Positions 30,759 through 37,684 of a stretch of DNA of 64,000 nucleotides are shown here, one piece after another. Under the pieces are notes generated by a model. That model ran no database searches, was not told the origin of the DNA, and saw nothing but the letters and a program-made list of their open reading frames with translations. The stretch comes from a virus (Duplodnaviria > Caudoviricetes): positions 157,971 to 221,970 of IMG/VR virus record IMGVR_UViG_3300015607_004593; one strand, 5' to 3'. Numbering within the stretch: the stretch's first letter is position 1; each line of letters begins with the position of its first letter. The translations under genes and the position numbers were made by a program.

Positions 30759-32978
30759 TGTGCTTTTATTCCTTCAAATATTTTTGATGAATTTTGGTCA
30801 TCTGCAATTCCAACTATTTCATCGGGAACAGAAACAAAAATCATTGTGGTTTCTTGTGTTACAAAAGATACATTTATCTTAGATACCAATCGTGGTCTAT
30901 CTACTATAGAAGATTATATAGATTATACAAAAGAAAATAAGAAACCATATTCTATAGAAGAATATTCTATCCAAGGATTTAATGATTCTCCTTCAAAGGG
31001 AATAACGTTTTTTAATAATGGACTTCACCCTACAATAAAATTAAAGAGTAAGTATTTTGAGTTAGAATGTTCAGAAAATCATCCTCTTTATATTTGTTCT
31101 TCTTCAGGAGAATTTGATTGGAAGAAAGCAAAGGATATTAAAACAGGAGATTATATTTGTGCAAAATATAGGAATAATATTTTTGGAAGTAATGATGTTT
31201 TATCATCTTCAAAAATAACTCTTACTCCTGATATTTGTTATTCATTAGGATTAATAATTTCAGAAGGAATTTTACCTGAAAATAAAGAATATATTCTTCT
31301 TCCTAAAGATATATTAAAAGAATTGAATATTAAGAATGAAGATATTTCTTCAGAACAAAATAAAGAAATCCCAAAGAGATTAATGTCAATTTCTAAAGAA
31401 AATTATTATTCTCTTCTTTATGGTATTTTTGATAGCAAACATTGTCAGATTAAGAATTCAAAGGTTTTTTATTCATCTTATTCAGAAAAAATTATCAATC
31501 AAATAAGAATGATGCTTAATAATTTAGGAGTATTATCTTCAAAATCAAAAGATCAATTTGGTTGTTATACTCTTGAAATTTATCATTGCCTATATCCATT
31601 CATTGTAGAAATAGGGTCAAAATTAAAAAGAAAAGAAGAAGAACTATTTTCTCTTCTTCAAACAAATAAAAAAATAAAGTCAAAAGACGATATAATTCCT
31701 TTTTCTTTTGAACTATTTTACCCTTTCTTTAAAAGAAATAATATAAGAAATTGTCATCCTATCAAAGATAAAAAACATCTTTCAAGATTAGATATTTTAT
31801 TATTCAAAGAACTTTACTATGAAACTATTCCAGAATTGAAAGACTTTTTTGATAAGCATGTTCATAGTAATCTTTTTTGGGATAAGGTTAAAGTCATAAA
31901 AACTTCTTCTTCTGAAACTTTTGATTTTTCTCTTCCTGATAAAGAAAATGATTTTTGGTGTCATTCTGTTCTTTATAACAATATTGTTGGTCATCAGACT
32001 TCAAATGGTTTAAATCATTACTATACACTTTGGAATGATGCTATAGAAAAAAGAAATGGTTTTGCTCCTTTTAAAGTTGATTGGTGGGATGTGCCCGGTA
32101 GGGATGAAGCATGGGCAAAAGAAATGAGGGCAAAGGTAAAGAAATTTGATCAAGAATTTGGAAATGAATTTTTCGGAAGAGAAACATCTGTTATTCCAAC
32201 AGAATTATTAAAGACTTTAACCTACAGGCCACCTATTTCTTCTAATGAAGAAATGAAGATATTTGAATTGCCTCTGAAAAAAAGAAATTACTTAGGGATT
32301 GTTGATGTTGCAGAAGGATTAGGAGGGGATTATTCTGTACTTACTATAATCAAATTACCACAAAAAGAAGATGAACCTTTTGAAGTTGTTTTTACTTTTA
32401 GGTCAAATACTATAGATGTTTTTAAATTTACTGAAGTCATTTTTACATTCTCAAAGAAATACAATGAATGTTATTTGCTTATAGAAATTAATATGATGAA
32501 TGTTGCCGAACCTCTTTATCGAGATTATGAAGTTGAAAATATTATTAAAACAACAACTTCACATCAAAAAATGACAACAACATTTTTTTCGGGTGGGTCA
32601 AAGCTAGGAGTTAAGACTACTGAGATTGTTAAAAAGGTAGGATTAGAGAAATTAAATCAATTGTTTGAAGAAAAGAAATTGATTGTTAATGATTTTACTT
32701 TTATAGAAGAGTTATCAACACTTCAAAAATCAGGAAAAACATTTAAAGCAAGATATGGTTCTTCTGATGATACATCTATGACACTTATTCTTTTTGCATG
32801 GCTCTTGACACAAGAGGGGTTTAAAGAATTATTTGGAATGGAAGAGTTTAAGACAAAGTTAAACAATGAATATCTTGAATCTATCTATTCTACTCTTCCA
32901 TCCTTTTTTATTGAAGATGGTTTAAATGATAATTTAAACCATTTTAAAAATGAAGATAGTATTAACTTGTTTCGTTAG
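30408..32978 (+). CDS. gp17: Terminase large subunit gp17, C-terminal fragment: split-intein C-half, 32-aa extein, cis intein, then ATPase end and nuclease domain
   Basis: CAFIP...FWSSAIPTISSG.ETKIIVVS | TSNGLNHYY, VPGRDE, FDQEF, DVAEGLGGDYS, DD motifs match T4 gp17 from just after Walker B. Confidence 0.93.
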   Translation: MNNFNTLQDFKENKNKFEILTPQGFKTFKGLKKTKSSFLLSIETSSGKVLKGSLDHQIKLYRKRKFTKFKDIKVGDMISKEEKVSFISVSSGKYDFFTVQSVDGEEYLIENEFISKNCAFIPSNIFDEFWSSAIPTISSGTETKIIVVSCVTKDTFILDTNRGLSTIEDYIDYTKENKKPYSIEEYSIQGFNDSPSKGITFFNNGLHPTIKLKSKYFELECSENHPLYICSSSGEFDWKKAKDIKTGDYICAKYRNNIFGSNDVLSSSKITLTPDICYSLGLIISEGILPENKEYILLPKDILKELNIKNEDISSEQNKEIPKRLMSISKENYYSLLYGIFDSKHCQIKNSKVFYSSYSEKIINQIRMMLNNLGVLSSKSKDQFGCYTLEIYHCLYPFIVEIGSKLKRKEEELFSLLQTNKKIKSKDDIIPFSFELFYPFFKRNNIRNCHPIKDKKHLSRLDILLFKELYYETIPELKDFFDKHVHSNLFWDKVKVIKTSSSETFDFSLPDKENDFWCHSVLYNNIVGHQTSNGLNHYYTLWNDAIEKRNGFAPFKVDWWDVPGRDEAWAKEMRAKVKKFDQEFGNEFFGRETSVIPTELLKTLTYRPPISSNEEMKIFELPLKKRNYLGIVDVAEGLGGDYSVLTIIKLPQKEDEPFEVVFTFRSNTIDVFKFTEVIFTFSKKYNECYLLIEINMMNVAEPLYRDYEVENIIKTTTSHQKMTTTFFSGGSKLGVKTTEIVKKVGLEKLNQLFEEKKLIVNDFTFIEELSTLQKSGKTFKARYGSSDDTSMTLILFAWLLTQEGFKELFGMEEFKTKLNNEYLESIYSTLPSFFIEDGLNDNLNHFKNEDSINLFR
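30855..31997 (+). mobile_element. Cis intein (381 aa) with degenerate LAGLIDADG domain, Gln C-terminus
   Basis: Starts CVTKDT, block B CSENHP, LGLIISEG / LYGIFDS, TFDFSL, ends VGHQ before Thr+1; removal restores KIIVVS-TSNG. Confidence 0.9.
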
Positions 32979-33100
32979 AAACGATACCATCTTTCAATGC
33001 TGTTTCTGAAACTTCACGCGCAACATACCGCTTTATTCAAGAGATTTATGATTATTTTTTTAACTCATGATTAGGTTAAGTATGTCGCGCCGTGTTTGAG

Positions 33101-33493
33101 TTAGGAACTAAGTCCGTTCCAATAATTACAAATTTGCCCTGCTCCAAATCTGTAATCTTTACAATCATTACATGCTACACGCCATTCAGGGACGCCTCCA
33201 TCCTCAACCCAATTTGGCGCTCTTGGTAAAAACGTTGTTAAAAGTACATCGGCTATTACATCTTGCCGCGATTGTGCCCATCGTCTAAACGTTTCAACCA
33301 ATAAAATGATTGACCCATCCGATTGTCTCCCAAGTGGTAAACAAGAGTGGGCTAGGGTGGTTCCGCGCCGTCCGCCGATGCTTACTTTAATAGTAAAAAA
33401 TTCTCCACGCAAAACGGCATTTTTGATGGCCGACATTTCAGCCTCGTGGCCTGTAATTAACATCATGTCTCTATCCTTCACTTTGGTTAGCAC
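33101..33493 (-). CDS. Hypothetical protein of foreign composition
   Basis: 130 aa, higher GC than flanks, own promoter. Confidence 0.55.
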   Translation of the reverse strand: MLTKVKDRDMMLITGHEAEMSAIKNAVLRGEFFTIKVSIGGRRGTTLAHSCLPLGRQSDGSIILLVETFRRWAQSRQDVIADVLLTTFLPRAPNWVEDGGVPEWRVACNDCKDYRFGAGQICNYWNGLSS

Positions 33494-33514
33494 CTATCGC
33501 TAACCTTCGTATAT

Positions 33515-33543
33515 ACTATATCAGTATCGTATGTACGATACAA
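33515..33543 (-). promoter_or_regulatory. Sigma70 promoter with overlapping palindromic operator
   Basis: TTGTAT-17-TATAGT; GTATCGTA-TG-TACGATAC at 33524-33541. Confidence 0.65.
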
Positions 33544-33635
33544 GAGGTTTTAAAATATTTTTAGCAAAAGAACATGGTTCTCTATGAAATAATTTCATAA
33601 TTCATAGATTATATATCCTTTTATGATGATTGTAA

Positions 33636-33664
33636 CAAAAAAGCCGCCCTTTACGGACGGCTCA
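33636..33664 (-). terminator. Intrinsic terminator
   Basis: GCCGTCC-GTAAA-GGGCGGC-TTTTTT on the minus strand. Confidence 0.7.
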
Positions 33665-33742
33665 TTATTTCTTCGTGGTTCATCAAGATTTTTCTTGATG
33701 AACAAAAATTCCTCAAAATATTTTTATTCTTACTTTATTTTT

Positions 33743-34774
33743 TCAAAGTAATAAGTTGGAATCCGCGCCTTTTGATGAAGCCGCCCGTTCCCGACGGACG
33801 GCTTCATCAAGTTTTTCGGCCTCGGTTCGCGCTTCAACGGGAGTGCCTAATCGGTGATTAGACAAGTTCATGCTCCCTCCACGCGCAAGCCCCACCTCCC
33901 CGGCGGTTGCAAAGCTCAGGATATTCCGGGCCGCGTTCACGTCGCGGTCATGGCGTGTTCCGCAATCGGGGCACGTCCATTCCCGAACCGAGAGCGGCAT
34001 GGTTTCTCGGTAGCTCCCGCAATGGGAACAGGTCTTACTGGTCGGCGCAAAGCGGTCGGCGATGATGACTTTGCGTCCGTACCACGCCGCTTTGTATTCA
34101 ATCTGCCGCTTGAACTCGCCCATCCCGACATCGGCGATAGCGCCCGCCAAGGCGTGATTCTTCATCATGCCGCACACGTTCAAATCTTCCAGCTCGGCAG
34201 CAATTCGGGCCTGTTCGGCCTCGTGGGCTTGCTGCTCAGCCAGCAAACCCGCCAGCGTTTCAAGTGTTTCGGTTTTCGCGGTTTCAGCGACGGCTAGGAA
34301 CTCCGAGAACTCAACCGCCGTGACGGGAACGGCGCGAACCTTCACCATCAATTCAGCGGTAAAGCTAGGCGGCTTGTTGAACGCCGCCGTCACCGCGCCG
34401 CGCATCGCAGTGATGCGGTTTTGAATCTCCGCAATCCGCGCTTGCTCAGCGCGCTCTTTCGCGGCCCGCTCTTCCGCCTTGCGGGTTTCCTCGGCTTTAA
34501 TCACCGCATCAATCGGTTCCTCAATCGCCAACAGTTCAGCGGTAATCCGTTTCGCTTCCGCATCAATCAAGCGGGTACGCTCCAGCGCCGGGGCTTTGAT
34601 TTCAACTCGAAGTTTCTCCAGTGAAACCCGGTAACTCCGCACTTCGGCGCGGGCCTCGCGGGCCGCGTTCAAACCTTTCGGGGTCGAAACGTCAAACACG
34701 GTGTTGTATTTATTACGAAGCATCGCAATCGCGGCGGCGGTTTCGTTGTATTCGGTAATCTGGTATGCAGTCAT
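33743..34774 (-). CDS. Chimera: prophage-type coiled-coil protein fused in frame to the TnpB C-terminus (RuvC-II, Zn ribbon, RuvC-III)
   Basis: Ala/Glu/Arg-rich helix, then LEDLNVCGMMKNH.LA.AIAD, EYKA.WYG, PTSKTCSHCG, WTCPDCG..HDRDVNAA.NI. Confidence 0.85.
   Translation of the reverse strand: MTAYQITEYNETAAAIAMLRNKYNTVFDVSTPKGLNAAREARAEVRSYRVSLEKLRVEIKAPALERTRLIDAEAKRITAELLAIEEPIDAVIKAEETRKAEERAAKERAEQARIAEIQNRITAMRGAVTAAFNKPPSFTAELMVKVRAVPVTAVEFSEFLAVAETAKTETLETLAGLLAEQQAHEAEQARIAAELEDLNVCGMMKNHALAGAIADVGMGEFKRQIEYKAAWYGRKVIIADRFAPTSKTCSHCGSYRETMPLSVREWTCPDCGTRHDRDVNAARNILSFATAGEVGLARGGSMNLSNHRLGTPVEARTEAEKLDEAVRRERAASSKGADSNLLL
33772..33810 (-). other. Right-end hairpin / omegaRNA 3' stem of the TnpB element
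   Basis: TTGATGAAGCCGTCCGT-CGGGA-ACGGGCGGCTTCATCAA, about 20 nt inside the terminal TTAC. Confidence 0.65.
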
Positions 34775-34817
34775 GGCTCTCTCTCCCAGGTGTGCGCCGT
34801 CCGTGGCGCGGTGTGGG

Positions 34818-35387
34818 TTAATTCACTTGCCGTTCTTCCTGCTCATCGTCGGAATCCTTCTTATCTTTCTTGTGCTCGATAAGCTGGATAACGTCGGCGG
34901 TGCGCGTTAATTGCTTTCGCAATTCAATGATGGCAGGTGCATATTTCCCCTCGTTCGCTACTTCAAACTCGACGGCAAAATACGGCTTGCCTTTCGCCAT
35001 ACTCGTTCGCTTGTTCATCCGTGCCGTAATGACTTTACCGAGTAGGCTTTGCCCTTTCAGCAAATAGGAGCGGCGCAATTCGGCGAAATTGTCCATGCTC
35101 TCGGTTTTGAACAGGATGGAAGATAGAACGCCGTCCGGGTCAATGAACACGATGCCCAGCCAACGCTGCGGCTTGTAGCCGTAGAACTCGCCGTCAAAGA
35201 GGGCGCAACACACCATCTCCATGTCTATCTTGGAACCTCTGAGGATTGTCGAGCCAATCTTGAATTGTCCGACTTGGCAGTCCGGTCGCCATTGCCGCAC
35301 CGAATCCGCGAGAATTTGGCCGGGCTGTAAGGGGGTTACATCCTCAAGGTCTAAATCAACCTCTGGTCTCATGTCTTTTACCCTCAC
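34818..35387 (-). CDS. Cargo hypothetical protein (possible ssDNA-binding/recombination function)
   Basis: GC-rich, translationally coupled; KGKPYFAVEFE and charged tail. Confidence 0.55.
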   Translation of the reverse strand: MRVKDMRPEVDLDLEDVTPLQPGQILADSVRQWRPDCQVGQFKIGSTILRGSKIDMEMVCCALFDGEFYGYKPQRWLGIVFIDPDGVLSSILFKTESMDNFAELRRSYLLKGQSLLGKVITARMNKRTSMAKGKPYFAVEFEVANEGKYAPAIIELRKQLTRTADVIQLIEHKKDKKDSDDEQEERQVN

Positions 35388-35587
35388 GAATTCATTTCAA
35401 CGGCTTCAAAGTCCCACGGCTCCATAGCGTGAAAGCCGTTCCTCATGAAGCGATCCCGTGCGGCTTCTTCGGCAAGCCATTCGGAACCTTCGTGACTGGA
35501 TAGCCACGCATGAAACGCGGCGCGGTCGGCATCCTCGGCAGCCCAAAGGCTCGCGAGAGCTTGCGGTGTTTGCGGTGTTTGTTGCAT
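35384..35587 (-). CDS. Cargo hypothetical protein
   Basis: 67 aa, AGGA RBS, overlaps next start. Confidence 0.5.
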   Translation of the reverse strand: MQQTPQTPQALASLWAAEDADRAAFHAWLSSHEGSEWLAEEAARDRFMRNGFHAMEPWDFEAVEMNS

Positions 35588-35655
35588 GATGTGATTCCTG
35601 TTGATTGGGTTTGCTGGCCGCTCTCGTTGCTAGTAACAACGAGAGCGGTTTTCTT

Positions 35656-35943
35656 TTAGGCGACACGCCGCCAGCGTTCTTTTCTTTCGTCCTCTGCTTT
35701 CGCCCGTTCGTCGGCTCGTATCTCGTTGGCGATGGCATCCATCTGTTCATCGTCCATCATGGAAATCATGTCCAGCTTGATGATTTCGATGTGCGGTTTG
35801 TATTCGCCTTGTGCATTGTAGTAATGCTTGATGCCCCGCGTGATGGAGACGGACTGAATATCTATTTCATCGTCAATCCAATCCCATTCGACGATTGCTT
35901 TATAAAGGGCACCGTAAAACTCCATCTCGGTTTCAAAGGACAT
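35656..35943 (-). CDS. Cargo hypothetical protein
   Basis: 95 aa, AGGAGG RBS. Confidence 0.55.
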   Translation of the reverse strand: MSFETEMEFYGALYKAIVEWDWIDDEIDIQSVSITRGIKHYYNAQGEYKPHIEIIKLDMISMMDDEQMDAIANEIRADERAKAEDERKERWRRVA

Positions 35944-36394
35944 ACTCGCCTCCTAGAAGTGAAAGAACGGTTGATTGCTCCCTGATTGCGCGTCGGTTTC
36001 TCCCTTTTACGCCGCCGCTATAGGTGCTTTTGATATGGCGTTGATCGAGTTGATAGCGAACCGCTTGCTTGTCCCCCTTCGATTTGAAGCGTGGATACTT
36101 GCCGCGCTTTTCAAAGAAGTTTTTGAACGCCTTGTCTTGATCTATCAGGGCTTGGATCAAGCATCCGGCGGTTGCATCGGAAAGCCATGGGAAGTCCGTT
36201 TTCTTCCAAACCGTCACTTGCCGTCCGAGAGAAACGTAGTTGTGCTTCTCTTGGCGTTCTTTCCAAGCCGTGCTTCGCAACTCCAAACAGCGGTTCCAGA
36301 CAAAACGCACACAACCGAATTCCACCGCAAGTTGATGACGCTGTTCGGCGTTGGGGTAGATGCGGAATTTGTAGGATTTCTGTTGAGTGATCAT
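35933..36394 (-). pseudogene. tnpB: TnpB N-terminal fragment (HTH/REC), truncated near 36010
   Basis: KSYKFRIYPNAEQ, FGCVRFVWN, PWL, AFKNFF...YPRFKSK; promoter TTGCAT-17-TAATAT at 36402-36430. Confidence 0.85.
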
Positions 36395-36467
36395 GTGTGC
36401 TATATTAACTAACCCTTCGTTAATATGCAAGCGAAAATTCGCCATGAAAAACCGAGGAGAAGAGACT

Positions 36468-36795
36468 GTAACCCTTTATCAAAAACATCATCTAAAAGAT
36501 GATGTTTTTCCTTTTGTGTTTTCTTTCGTCAAAGAAGAAGAAATGATGTCTACCTCTCCTGAATAAGAGGAAATTTAAATAGTTTCTGTTTTAAACAAAA
36601 GTGTCTTAGATAGAATAGATTGAAGTTTAGAAGAAAACATCATTCCACCTTGAAGGATAGTTACAAACAAAAAATCTTCTTTTTCTCTTTTTTTGTAGCT
36701 AAAGAATAGATTATTTCTTTAACAAGTAATTCTGAAAATAAAACTTGTGAATTTCCATACATTTCTTGAAATTTTAATTGAGATAATTTAGGCAT
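36468..36795 (-). pseudogene. Decayed purine phosphoribosyltransferase (Hpt-like) interrupted by the TnpB element
   Basis: Across frameshifts and a stop: FLFVTILQGGMMFSSKL...ISSYSGEVDII...KGK...LDDVFDKG; continues VTLKK beyond the far element end (~33747). Confidence 0.6.
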
Positions 36796-37036
36796 GGTAA
36801 GGAAGTAGTTTTTGTTGTTCAGGAAAAGAATCAAGTGGGGGAAAGAATTTTTTGAAAGCTACAGAAAACGATGAAAAGAGTTGTATTTTTTCTTTGCAAT
36901 GAAAGCATTGGCATACAGTTTCCATTCTTTCTGATAAGTCATCATTTGTTCTTGTAGTCCTTTGACATGAAGAACATTTGATATGCCACAAAAAACCACC
37001 TTGAATATTTTCTACAGAAATCGTTCCGAATGACAT
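36788..37036 (-). CDS. Small Zn-finger protein
   Basis: CSSC...CQCFHC. Confidence 0.5.
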   Translation of the reverse strand: MSFGTISVENIQGGFLWHIKCSSCQRTTRTNDDLSERMETVCQCFHCKEKIQLFSSFSVAFKKFFPPLDSFPEQQKLLPYHA

Positions 37037-37039
37037 TTT

Positions 37040-37206
37040 TAACCCTTTGTTTTTAAAACGAAAATTAAAAAAATGAAAATTTTGAAAAAAAAGAGTACCT
37101 AGACTACCACCCCTTAAAAAAACGTAAAAATGACCCTTGTAACTCTTTGAATTAAAACAAGAAAAAAATTAAAAAAATTCATTTTTTGGCAAACCTAGAC
37201 TTTTTT
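37040..37206 (-). repeat. Dispersed intergenic repeat, copy 2 (inverted)
   Basis: Reverse complement matches 17913-18079; lies directly downstream of the gp17 N-fragment. Confidence 0.9.
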
Positions 37207-37225
37207 ATTTTTCTCCTCCTTTGTC

Positions 37226-37594
37226 TTAATTTTCAGTTAATGAAAGTAACAATCTCTCATAGAGTTCAGAAATTAAAATTTCTTTTTCAATTCCTTCATC
37301 ATCTTTGATAGTAATTTTAGTTTCACCTGAAACACATTTTCCCGTTTGACGAGAAGAAAGAATAATAGAATGTCTATTATCATTTAAATGATTCAACATT
37401 CTTTTTTGATAATCATAAAGTTCTATAGAAATAAGACCTTTATCGGGATGAACAACCTTTATATAATTCTGAACAAAGTAAGTAACATCATTAGCACATT
37501 TTATATATTCTTGAATTTCCTCTTTAGTATATTCATGATATACATTATGTTTTTTTAAATCTAAATTACCTTTATAGTTTTCATTTATAGGCAT
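37226..37594 (-). CDS. gp17: Terminase large subunit gp17, N-terminal fragment, plus 36-aa split N-intein
   Basis: YKGN..LKK, EYIKC..D..YF..NYIKVV..DKGL, LYDYQ (Q motif), Walker A SRQTGK, then CVSGETKITIKDDEGIEKEILISELYERL*. Confidence 0.93.
   Translation of the reverse strand: MPINENYKGNLDLKKHNVYHEYTKEEIQEYIKCANDVTYFVQNYIKVVHPDKGLISIELYDYQKRMLNHLNDNRHSIILSSRQTGKCVSGETKITIKDDEGIEKEILISELYERLLLSLTEN
37229..37336 (-). other. Split intein N-terminal half (36 aa, atypically short)
   Basis: Cys1 block A CVSGET.I, I.ISELYERL, then stop. Confidence 0.88.
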
Positions 37595-37684
37595 TTTCTA
37601 CATTTTCCTTTTGTTTATTTTTTAAATTTTCTTTAAAAGAAAGGATTGAAAGATTCTTTATTCTTTCAATCCTTTTAAAATACT

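Larger units (their letters stand above)
33748..36467 (-). mobile_element. Non-autonomous IS200/IS605(TnpB)-derived element carrying cargo genes
   Basis: Sharp GC shift; TTAC at both junctions (36468-36471 and 33748-33751); TnpB N- and C-fragments at the two ends; 17-bp subterminal hairpin at 33772-33810; no TnpA. Confidence 0.8.

Noticed and set aside
33743-36445. Active TnpB/Cas12f RNA-guided nuclease or mini-CRISPR system
   Set aside because: RuvC-I and the central region are missing, and no repeat-spacer array is visible nearby.
36481-36509. Palindrome AAAAACATCATCT...AGATGATGTTTTT as the element's left-end hairpin
   Set aside because: It lies outside the TTAC junction in AT-rich sequence and overlaps the PRT LDDVF codons.
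30408-37594. The visible IntN and IntC as one cognate pair making a simple two-piece terminase
   Set aside because: Splicing them gives RQTGK-CAFIP, which deletes ~90 aa including the Walker A Thr and the Walker B DE, so the product cannot be a functional ATPase.
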